64,000 nt of DNA from Macrostomum hystrix (lineage: Eukaryota; Animalia; Platyhelminthes), in contig CATNEN010000001.1 in the NCBI GenBank assembly GCA_950097015.1, positions 10,292,001 through 10,356,000 of the forward strand. Direction: 5' to 3'. The notes beneath the pieces were generated by a model. That model did not search any database and had not been told where the DNA came from. It worked only from the letters and a program-made list of their open reading frames with translations. Positions 39,601 through 50,437 of this stretch are shown piece by piece (within the stretch, counting starts at the first letter, position 1; the number at the start of each line of letters is the position of its first letter). The translations under genes and the position numbers were made by a program.

Positions 39601-42600
39601 TAGACAGGTGAAACAGTCAGTTAGACAGGTGAAACAGTCTGTTAGACAGATGAAACAGTCAGTTAGACAGGTGAAACAGTCAGTTAGACAGGTGAAACAG
39701 TCAGTTAGACAGGTGAAACAGTCAGTTAGACAGGTGAAACAGTCAGTTAGACAGGTAAAACAGTAATTCAGACAGTATAAGCGTGACTCACCACCTTCGT
39801 AGGCACCTCGGCCTGACTCCCCATGCCACTGTCGGTGTCTCCTTTGCCTCCGCCCTTGCCGCCAACGGTGGAATCCACAGAATCCTTGGTCCTCACCAGC
39901 TGCTTGGTATCCACACTGCCAGTTTCCGTGGTTGTATCTCCGTCGTCGGCCTTGACAGCTCCGGACTTGGGTTTCTTATCGTCGTCTGTCTTGGACTTGT
40001 CCTTGTCTCTCTTCTTTTTCTTTTTCGCCTTGTTGGCTCCGTCTTTGTCAGTTTCCTTGGCTTTGGCCTTTGGCTTTGGCGTGATTTTTTTCTGTTGTCG
40101 CTTTTTCTGCTTTCGCTCGGACTTTTCACGCTCTTCGGCCTGTTTCGGGTGAAATTAGTATCGGACGAAGATGATATCGGACGTAAGTGGTATCGGACGT
40201 AAGTGGTATCGGACGAAAGTGGTATCGGACGAAAGTGGCATCGGACGAAAGTGGTATCGGACGTAGTTGGTATCGGATGAAAGGGAGTATCGGACGAAAG
40301 TGGTATCGGTCGTAGTTGGTATCGGATGAAAGGGAGTATCGGACGAAAGTGGTATCGGACGAAAGTGGTATCGGACGAAAGTGGTATCGGACGAAAGTGG
40401 TATCGGACGAAAGTGGTATCGGATGAAAGTGGTATCGGACGAAAGTGGTATCGGAAGAAAGTGGTATCGGACGTAGTTGGTATCGGACGAAAGGGAGCAT
40501 CGAAATAAGGGGAAATCTGGTGAAAGTGGAATCGGTTATAAGTGGTATCAAATGAAGCCGTATCGGGCTACAAGGGTGGTATCGTTTGAAATCGCTTATC
40601 GTATCGGTCAGACTAAATGACTCTCTTTGCTATTCCGGGTTGGGTGTCTGACGCAACAAAAAAGTGCATACGAAGACAGATTTTTTTAATGGATTAAAGC
40701 AGTGGTGCTAGATAGTTAAATTACGTCACACACTTTATATAAACTCAATTTAATACCCAAGTTTGTCAATTGGGGTAAAATTTAAAATGAATTCATCAAA
40801 GTGAAACAAAGCTCGAGTGATAATGCATCGATTTTTTCTGACCTAAAAACACTTTCTGAAGTGATCGTATACTTTCTTGTGAAAAAATTCTGAAAACAAT
40901 TAGACAACGTTAAAAGAAAATGTGATTATCAAAAATTTAATCGTGACTATCCGCCAGTCCATGGTTTCCTTACTTTTAATAGAAGTTCATTTTCCTGTAA
41001 TTAGCATATGGTATTAATTTACTATAACCATCTAGCAAGCCAATCGTTTTTTGTTTAAACATTATCTTCCATTAACACAATAAAAGCATCTTTAAAAGCA
41101 TTTTTAAAGTAAATGCCTGGAAAACTGAAAGTAATAAAAACGTGATTAATTAAGTGATAACAAAATATTTTTGAAAGTGTGAAATGGTTTTATGAAAACA
41201 TAGTGATCATGTTTTTCTCTTTGGAATTTTTATATAAAATTAAATTAATAGAACGAGCGTATAAAATAAGCTTAATTTACAACGCTACATAATTCTTTCT
41301 TGTTATACTAAATTTCTCAATTCTTATTTTATAACTTTATAAATAAATTTTGTGCACATTATATAAAAAATTAATGTAAGATTAAGATCATATTTCTTAC
41401 AGAGGATCTTATTGTGATTTCCTTTTAGGATTCGATTTCGATTAAATATTTTGTTATATCTTACCGCAAGTAGTTGTGTGCTGGCGGTTTGAGAAACATT
41501 CTCTGCTTTCTGAATTTTGTTTTTCTATTAACAGTCAGACAGGAGTAGGGTTGGGGAGAATAGGATTAACAATTTCAGCAACAATATGGTTTCTGATAAA
41601 CATTTTTTTAAAATAAATATTAGTTTCTACCTTGCCCGTAGCCGCCGCCTGCTCCTGGTAGCTCATTGTCACGACTGCCAGCATGAGATTGATGAGATAG
41701 AATGAGCCCATAAACACAATGACCACAAAGAAGATTACATTCCAGGGGCCGCTAGTGCGTACAACCTGTTCGAATTTGAAAATTTTTCGAACAGTTAGTG
41801 ACAGACTTGCAGTGTAACAGTTCATGACATAGTCTAACATTCGAATAAACATTGACACTGTTCTAACAGGCTAACAGTTGAACTCCCTGTCTAACAGTTG
41901 AACTCCCAGTCTAACAGTTGAACTCCCTGTCTAACAGTTGAACTCCCTGTCTAACAGTTGAACTCCCTGTCTAACAGTTGAACTCCCTGTCTAACAGTTG
42001 AACTCCCTGTCTAACAGTTAAACTCCCTGTCTAACAGTTAAACTCTCTGTCTAACAGTTGAACTCCCTTCTAACAGTTGAACTCCCAGTCTAACAGTTGA
42101 ACTCCCAGTCTAACAGTTGAACTCCCTTCTAACAGTTGAACTCCCAGTCTAACAGTTGAACTCCCTGTCTAACAGTTGAACTCCCAGTCTAACAGTTGAA
42201 CTCCCTGTCTAACAGTTAAAATCCCTGTCTAACAGTTGAACTCCCTGTCTAACAGTCTCGAGATTTCCACTCACAATGTTGTACTGATTCTCCCAGAAGT
42301 CCAGTGTAATCAACTGGAAGGTCTGCAGCAGTGCCCAGCCGAAGTGGTCATAGTTGGTGAAACCCCAGTTGGGATTCTCTCCCAGGTCACCCAGGCAGAC
42401 ATAGTTGGAGTTCAGCTGCGCACAATTGCCAGCCCCGGTATTGTTGCCGCAGGTGTAGAAATTGCCGTTTCCGTCAAGAAGCCAGTTGCTGCTGTTCTTG
42501 ATCCAGATGTTGTAGTAGGCTTCTAAGGCTTTCTGATTGGAGTCTGACGAGTTGAAGTTGTACCCGGACCAGTCTACATTTCGGACGCACTTGCTCCGGA

Positions 42601-45484
42601 AGGTGCCCATGTACACGTCCAGGCCGAATAGTGAGAACACGCTCATACAGAAGAAGGTGAGCACTATCACTTCCATGAGCATCTTGAAGGACTGCAGCAG
42701 GGCGCTGATGATGGTTCGCAGGCCTTGAGTAGGGAAAATTGAGTTTTAAGCTGTGTGTACTTTTAGGCATTGTAACTAACTACGCTCTAATAGCTCTAAT
42801 AAGCAACTATATTTGTTTGAAGTAGCATAATATTAACAGAAACCTACTCAGACTACCAGAAACTACTCAGACTACCAGAAACCTACTCAGACTACCAGAA
42901 ACTACTCAAACTACCGGAAGCCTACTCAGACTACCAGAAACCTACTCAGACTACCAGAAACTACTCAAACTACCGGAAGCCTACTCAGACTACCAGAAAC
43001 CTACTCACACTACCAGAAACCTACTCAGACTACCAGAAACTACTCAGACTACCGGAAGCCTACTCAGACTACCAGAAACCTACTCAAACTACCAGAAACT
43101 ACTCAAACTACCGGAAGCCTACTCAGACTACCAGAAACCTACTCACACTACCAGAAACCTACTCAGACTACCAGAAACCTACTCAGACTACCAGAAACCT
43201 ACTCAGACTACCAGAAGCCTACTCAGACCTAATAAGACTATCAGAAACCTGCTCAGACCTAATAAGACTACCGGAAACCTACTCAGACTACCAGAAACCT
43301 ACTCAGACTACCAGAAACTACTCAGACTACCGGAAACCTACTCAGACTACCAGAAACCTACTCAGACTACCAGAAACCTACTCAGACTACCAGAAACTAC
43401 TCAGACTACCAGAAACTACTCAAACTACCGGAAGCCTACTCAGACTACCAGAAACCTACTCAGACTACCAGAAACCTACTCACACTACCAGAAACCTACT
43501 CAGACTACCAGAAACCTACTCAGACTACCGGAGGCCTACTAAGACCACAAGAAACCTACTCAGACTGTCAAAAACCTACCCAATCTACCAGAAACCTTCT
43601 CAGACTATCAGAAACCTGCTCAGACCTAATAAGACTATCAGAAACCTACTCAGACTACTAGAAGCCTACTCTGACTTCCAGAAACCTACTCAGACTTCCA
43701 GTGGACCTACTCAGACTACGAGAAGCCTACTCAGACCACCGCAAAACAAACTCTAGCCATCATAGACTAACTTACAGTACGAAAAAACCTACAGACACTA
43801 AACCCACTTACCTGGAAATATAGAGATCGTTTTAAGCACTCGGAACACTCGAAAGGTTCTGAGAGACCCAACGTTGACATTGTTGCTACTGCTGGTGTTC
43901 TCAACAATGATCATGATGTAACTGGAATTAAAGACACGTCATAGCTATAAAAACTTTTTTAACTCATGAAGGAAGCTCGTGCTACGAGCATAATTTTAAC
44001 GAACTGAACAACTCACGATGTTAAAACTACGAATACGTCCAACCAATTCCAAGGATCTCGCATGTAGGTGTACTTGTCCATCACAAGGCCTCTGGCAAGC
44101 ATCTTCACAATGCACTCGAGTGTGTAGATAACCAAGAAGACGTACCTGGATTTATTCGAGTTTTTAATGGTCATAAATTGCATGGAAACCTTTGAAAAAA
44201 GGCATTTACGAGCGTAATTGATTTTTTTTCAAACTTACTCGGCAGGTTTGACTTCGTAGGGCAGGGCCAGGAATACGCAGTTAGTAATAATGGTCAGCAT
44301 GATGAAGTAGTCGAAGATCTGGTTAGTCGCTATGCGGATGAAGAATCTGCGAACAGGATTCCAGGGCGCCATGCAGAAGAACGCGGAATTGGCAGTGAAG
44401 CGGTAGATGTAGCGCTTGCCGAAGCGCATGTTGATCACAACGAACGACTGTCAGGACGGGGTGGTATGTCGAGTCATGATGGCTCCTCAAATCTCGAAGC
44501 GACACTGGCATGCCAACAGTTCATACTCTTATCTAAACAGCTTCGTAATATCTAACTTGTCCCAATGCTAGTATTATTAACAATTCATTACACCTGCCCC
44601 CAATTTGCTATATGGTCAGCTGACAGCACAGCCGCAGCTATTGCGCGTAAACTTTCACTATCTTGGGCGTTGGCCCTCAAGGGCGTAAAATGCGTGACAA
44701 GCCACCAAGCCTTCTCTCCGCGTCTGCACCCTAGTTTAATGTGGCCTCACCGCGGAATCGAGCTCAGGGACACTGGTGCGAGAGGCAGACGCGTTAACCG
44801 CTGTGCGACTCACCCCCAGAGCGGTCCCTATTGAGTCTCTTCAGGGTCCAAATTCTAGAATGCCTTGATTCTCTAATACGTCACTGTGTTCTAAAGATGT
44901 CACATGTCTCTATGATAGATGTGCAACCAATGGAGACCCACCCTGTTGTGGAGGTGCCGGTCGATCTCCTCGATAGGCTGAGCCAGCAGTTCGTCGGGAA
45001 AGTCGCCCAGTCTATTCGGCAGGATCTGGCCGTCGGCCAGCTCCGGGTCGCGCTTGATTTTGTCCTCTTCCGCCTCCGGATCATCCTCGAATTTGATTTC
45101 GCCCTCTACCAGTTTGCCTTCGCCTCCGTTTCGTTTGCGCTCCTCAACTCGACGCTTGTAGTCCTCCTCACGTCGCAGCAGCCGGTGGTAGCTAGCCTCG
45201 TCGAATGGGCGAAACTCCACAGGACGATCGCTGGTACCGAAGCTGGAGGCTCGAGAGCGATAGGTTCTCAAACTGATGGCTGAGCCGAGCGGCTGCCCCT
45301 GCTGCTGCTGCTGCGATCCATCCGCGGGTCCGCCGCCGCCGCTGCCCGTCAGGGTGATCCTCGGCGGATCCACCGAGGTCCTACGACTGCGACCTCCAGC
45401 TTCGACGTCGCTGCTCTCGTCTCGCGAAGCCTTTCGGCGATGCTTCTGATGCTGCTCAGACTGAACTTGCTGCGTGCTGCTCAT
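30696..45484 (-). CDS. Voltage-gated sodium channel alpha subunit, Nav2 class (DEEA filter)
   Basis: Exons 45484-44942, 44447-44239, 44145-44017, 43921-43812, 42723-42275, 41765-41631, 40139-39792, 39085-38965, 38884-38661, 38590-38420, 37886-37542, 36657-36300, 35440-35061, 34363-34190, 34112-33984, 33694-33428, 32642-32451, 32370-32263, 32180-31910, 31822-30696, plus optional micro-exons. Phases join correctly. Four S4 segments. Pore loops ITLDFWE / LCGEWIE / ATFEGWM / ITSAGWN. III-IV linker IFLT. C-terminal EF-hand-like region and IQ-like LQRAWRRHK. Confidence 0.95.
32860..33230 (-). mobile_element. Degenerate non-LTR retrotransposon RT C-terminal fragment in Nav intron
   Basis: Minus-strand translation [16 protein letters not shown]...[23 protein letters not shown] resembles the LLYxxETWTL region of RTE-like LINEs. 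Contains stops. Confidence 0.6.
34384..34702 (+). mobile_element. SINE family A copy, 5'-truncated
   Basis: Body matches the reverse complement of about 29985-30288. Confidence 0.85.
34720..34990 (-). mobile_element. SINE family B, tRNA head + CORE-like domain
   Basis: Minus strand has B-box GGGGTTCGATTCC followed by TTAGCAATGTAATTAACCTGAATTGCTTCAGTTCACCCATC, resembling the MIR/CORE consensus. Fragments also at ~6790, 7270-7320, 17670-17790, 21495-21545, 44588-44625. Confidence 0.6.
37930..38320. repeat. ~41-bp minisatellite in Nav intron
   Basis: Unit approx CCTCTCTTACCCAAGCTTGACTCTCATTGGCTGAGAGACTGTTACAAA. Confidence 0.9.
39140..39772. repeat. 21-bp minisatellite (GAAACAGTCAGTTAGACAGGT)n in Nav intron
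   Basis: About 30 units. Confidence 0.97.
40158..40500. repeat. 16-bp minisatellite (GTGGTATCGGACGAAA)n in Nav intron
   Basis: Tandem copies. Confidence 0.93.
41862..42258. repeat. 20-bp minisatellite (CTAACAGTTGAACTCCCTGT)n in Nav intron
   Basis: Tandem copies. Confidence 0.95.
42837..43740. repeat. 19/20-bp minisatellite (ACTCAGACTACCAGAAACCT)n in Nav intron
   Basis: Tandem copies with variants. Confidence 0.95.
44640..44820 (-). mobile_element. SINE family A 5' fragment, abutting a family B fragment at 44588-44625
   Basis: Matches 30184-30325. Confidence 0.75.
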
Positions 45485-47431
45485 GACGATGCTGAGACTC
45501 TCCTCAGAGTGGATTACATCGACATTGCTGCGACGTAGTGGCGAACTTTTTTTTAGCAACCTCGGCGGGCGAAGGTGCTTGATGAGCTGAACCCTGGAAT
45601 CGGCCTGTGCCTCAACTGATAAAGTGGAAAGATAACTTTAAACCAAAAATTCGAGGCTTTCTTAGGAATTTGAGTCCAATCTGCTCTCGAATCTCAGTGC
45701 TTCTTTGTCGACTCTCCTTTTTTAATCTTTTGAGTCGTCTATATCTCAGAGCAGTCTTTCTCGCGCCAATAGAGTAATGACCCGAACCTCAAAGACTGTG
45801 AAAAAGCACGAATACCTCGTTCCAGCTCTCTCCTCTTGAAGCAATTGACAAGACAAGAACCCTGACCTCTTTGCACCCGTCAGGCTTGGAACAATGGCCA
45901 GACAATGAGTCTAACCATCGTTTTTTCTCTCTACCCTCTAGCGAACAAAACGCAGGTGTACTTATGCACACACTGCTTGAGTACAGTGGAGAAAAGGGTC
46001 CATAAGCAGTCGATTGTGTGTAGACATCAACTTACTGAGTTTATCTGAATTTCTTCTCCTAGTTGAAGCTTGCCCATCTTGGCCTGCTTCACAGCATCAA
46101 AGTAATTATGCTTTACTCGGTTGCCAAGATGCGGTGAGACTTCAAGTGATGAAGCCTGAGGCTAAAACAAACGGAGCTATAGTCATTTCTTTCTTCAAGC
46201 AATCTGTGTGCCTAGTCTCTCTTTCTGTTTGTCAGTCAAATGATGGCATTTTTACACTCTAAAGCTGTCTAGCTTGATATGAAAAAAACAGTAACGGGTT
46301 TCGCTTGCATCTCGTGGGGTCCCATGGGTTCTATTAATACACAGTTACTGAACTCGTAAAGTTGCAAAAATTAATTAAAATATGGGGACTAATTTGTTAA
46401 AATAAATTAAACACAGATGAGAAGGGTTTGAGTTGCTCCTGTTTTGATTATTTACTTACCGCAATATGCTGCGTTCCTTCTATCAGATGGTTGTTGTGCT
46501 TTTCTATCGATTTCTGACATTGTACTTTTATGCAAGTACAGTTACAGCATTGAGCACAATGTCACTCGGAAGTCGTTATAGTCTAAGATTTATATATATT
46601 CTTCATTACGCTTAAAATTCACTCACAATACACTGTCTTGAAGCAATCGGGTACAGTAGCGTGTTGCAGTGTGCAGTTATAAGTGCTAAAGTAAAGCCAA
46701 TGTGAGTTGGAATTTTTGCTAAATGTCAATTTTCAACCTCTGTGGCCTCAGCGCATGCGGTTGCTATTGATTTGCGACCATTTCAACTGAAGGGTCGAAT
46801 AAATTTTCGTCACTTATCAATAAACTGTATCCAGGACAATAATACAACTATATAGTATGCTTAATATAACTGCTTAATTATATAGTATGCGAGCAAGCGC
46901 CAAAAATCCCAAAAAGGCATATTTAGCAATTCCCTTTTACTTTTTGTTGCTTTATTGAAAGTCCAAAATAACGCTTGCTAAGTCAAAGGTGTGTAGTATT
47001 CATTTCTGTACTCGGATAGAGTAATCGAAAAATAGTTATTGGTAAGTATAATTACTCGTACTTCAACTGATAAAACACTGTTTACGATTACATTGAACTT
47101 TCTTCTAATCGACGCAACATTTGGTCCTCTGTAATATATACTTAGAATTTAAAGTGTCACAAAAGTAATAATAAACTGTATTTTTGCGCTTGACAATCGT
47201 TTAAATTTGATTGTTTCAAAGTTTAATCATGAGTTTAATCATGTACGTGTTCTTGCAAACTCCCTTGAACTTCGGGCAAAACATGTGCATGATGCATATC
47301 GTCTACTCAAATATGTATTTGACGTCGAATCGTATGCATAGACTCGAAACATCTGTCATTACAGATCACAATGAATTTCTGTAAAGTTGCCTTTAAGCAT
47401 ACAAACACGACAATTGGGCTTTGATTTGCCA

Positions 47432-47770
47432 TGTTAGATGTCAATCTGTTCATCAGGGAAATAGTTAAAGTTGCGTATTTTTTGTTTTTATTATGTTTTC
47501 GCTTTACACGATAACACGTCTATTCTGTTTAAGTCTTTTACGCGAGATTGGTCGCAGCTAAGCTTTAAAATTTTCGCGTGTAGAATTAACTGCGCTTCAT
47601 TTAACTTGCCTGTACATATGCGTGTCTTTGTAGCTATGTGTTATAAACTATATCTATTCGCCTATACATTTTCAGAGTAGGAATAAGTTCGTGACAAAAA
47701 GAGCAATAAAACTTTAAAAGGGCATTAAACCCCAATTCCACAACGCATAGAGCTAGGACAGCTAATTATT
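47432..47770 (+). repeat. Dispersed ~340-bp direct repeat, copy 1
   Basis: Alignable with 59607-59998, e.g. CGCTTTA.ACGATAACAC, CGCGAGATTGGTC, GCTTTAAAATTTTCGCGTGTAGA, TTTAACTTGCCTGTACA, GTTCGTGACAAAAA. Confidence 0.8.
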
Positions 47771-48499
47771 TAGACTTACTTGAGACTTGCTTGAGACAAA
47801 AAACGGGGTGACCGGAGGGAGAGATTAAATAGGAGAGATAAGATGGGAGAGATAAGATTAATTATGTTTTTTAAAGATGTCAAGACGTCATGACGTCATT
47901 CCTATCAAACCTGATGGTACACATAGCGTAACATGGCTCACAGGTTTGCCCGCTTGCTATCATAGACATTTTGTTAAACCCGCAAGGATCAGAGATGCAA
48001 GACTTGCAAGTGACGGATGGTACGCCATGCATGCCACGATTTAAAGGCATGTGTAGAATACTCGTAAATGTGTAAAATTCGAAAGTTTTTACATTGAGCT
48101 TTTTAGGCTAAATAGTTATAAGGGAAACAAATTAATTGAACAATTTCTCAACAGTTCTTGCAAAAAAGTGGAACATTCCAGTCTAGAAAAGTAGACACGA
48201 GAAAAAGTGCGAGTCGTATCAGGACTTTACGATTCGTAGCTCGAAACATAATGAATCGGCTTGTTTTCAAGGAGGTATGCTATAGAAGAATATTTGAAGC
48301 ACTTTAACATTTTTGCTGCCACTGTGTACCTTAAACTCGTTTGCACTTGTAAATTTCATCAGATAGCTAACTTTTCTTATGTCATTCATTATAAGTGACA
48401 ATCTCATTTTTTATTTTTACAATATAAAATCCACATCCTAAATTTAAACGAAAAGTAGAAACAATGAGATATACTCAGGTGTTTTTGGTTGAAAAAGTT

Positions 48500-48900
48500 G
48501 GTCATGATTTGGTCATCAACACCTGATGACGAGTCACATGAACCAGAGATTGCACTTGAACGTGCCACTGCTCAAAGCTGTCTCCAATGCACAGTCCCGG
48601 CTGGTTTACACAGGACTTGCAGACGGTCACTGTGCGCTTTGCTGGTGTACTCAAGATGTAGGTCCTTCCCTATGCTGGAGTTTAAATGGCCACCAATCAC
48701 TAACAATGATTTCTTTCCTGCCGTGTTCAGCAGGCGTTCTACGACTATCTCGGTCCGGATGGTGCTCATCAAGTCTTCGTATCCCTCGTTGCCTCCTTTC
48801 ACGGGGTGGTACTACACGGCTATGTGGGTCATCCCATTTCTCGATGGCGGTCTTCACAATTGCGTGCTGATCTTATATTTGCTCTCTGCGCCTTCCACCT
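48500..48900 (-). mobile_element. Degenerate LINE apurinic-like endonuclease fragment
   Basis: Minus-strand HIAV*YHP...LLVIGGHLNSSIG...HSDRLQVLC resembles EEP motifs (xVYAP, GDLN). Disrupted by stops. Confidence 0.5.
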
Positions 48901-49117
48901 TGCTATCTCGTTGATTGACTCCTTGTTCCGCTTCTCGTGTGCTTGGGCTTTCTTCCGTTCGGTCGACAAAGGCGGGCTGCGATTCGCTAGTTTTTTCGGC
49001 GCCGAGCCCTCGCTTCGGCTTGAGCTTGGGTTCTCGGGCCAGGTTTTTTTCGATAGTTAGCAGTCTTAGTTGGATCTCCGATGATCGCCGCGACTCCGTG
49101 TCGAAACTGAAACGAAA

Positions 49118-49300
49118 CTGACGAGAGCGGCCTAACTGCACTGATGATGGCAGCGAAGCACGGACAGCACACATTCCTTCCAAACCTTGTAGAGTACGGG
49201 GCATCCGTCACCCGCATCGACAAGCATGGCTTCACCGCTCTTTCATGGGCGTGCATCAAGGGTCACACGTGTGCTGTTCAAGAACTCCTCAGGCTGGGCT
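49118..49300 (+). repeat. 183-bp inverted duplicate of the ankyrin-coding segment 52535-52717
   Basis: Identical to the reverse complement except one substitution (CACACG vs CACGCG). Confidence 0.95.
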
Positions 49301-50437
49301 TAAAGATTTGGTATTAAAGAATACCAAAATGAAACGTTTATAAACACCGTAAAGAAAAGAAGCTTGGCGGAGAATAAGAAGGTTGACAAAAATTTTCCGC
49401 TTAGCCGTCACTGAGGGTATGCTGCCTATGGTACGCTATGCGTTACCATCCGTCTCTTGCGTGAGTGATACTGAAAGCGTGGAAGTGGGAGAAGAAGGAA
49501 CAGAAAATGCATGAGTTAGATGAGACAGGGGACGCAAACGGAGGCTTTTTGTAAACTGAAAAATTCCGCACAAATTTTTGTATTTCATATTTCATGGAAC
49601 TTACGTTATCGCTTAAGTACTCGTAACTTCTTTCGTTATTTTCAAAGATCGTGGCAGGATATCCTTGCTAGAACTGATATGCTTATAGCTCTTCATCAAA
49701 GTTACAGATTGGCCAAGTCACTTCTGTTGACTTGGTCAACTAAATTGATTTAAAGACTTTCATTTGAATTTCGATGTTTATTTCACACAGACAGAATTAA
49801 GGCTGTAAGTAAAAATGGCTATCGAATTGCTCACATTTTCGAGTATCGAGACAAAAAGACGAATTGAGGGGTTCCCCTTTGCTAGGGCTAAAAATATATT
49901 TCATCATTTTGCATTGGAAAATATCCAAAAGAAAATGTTGTATGTAATCAGAAAACTGCCACAAACAAAATGGCTCGAGATTGACCGGCTGGGGCAACTC
50001 TCAAAACTAAACTATGGTCGAACACTACTGTAACACTCTTTGCAGAAAGAATCAGAGAAACATTGCAGAGGATAATTCAAACATTCCAATTCAGTTAGGC
50101 GACCGTGGCCAGAAATCAAGGCAAGGTTTAGTGTGCTCAGATCAAACTTGCTTCCCGACAAGATCATGGTGAGCTCAGGTTGAGCTCTCTTGTGAGACGG
50201 CTGTTGTTCTCTGCTAGGTCGCATTGAGGAGAGTTCTAGATAATAAATACAGACTCAAACTGCTCAGACTAAATGTTGCGACCCGCCCAGTCCCCCGCGG
50301 CACTCAAATCAGGCCAACTCTGCGAGGGAAGTGCCAGAATTTTTTTTAATATGTTTTAGACGAGCTCTGCCAAGTTTGATTAAAAAGCAAATTAGCACGG
50401 CAAACCAAACAGTGCGCGGTGTTGACCTGAGCGACTG

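Noticed and set aside
40158-40500. GGACGAAA repeats as hammerhead cores
   Set aside because: No CUGANGA partner or helices; a plain 16-bp minisatellite.
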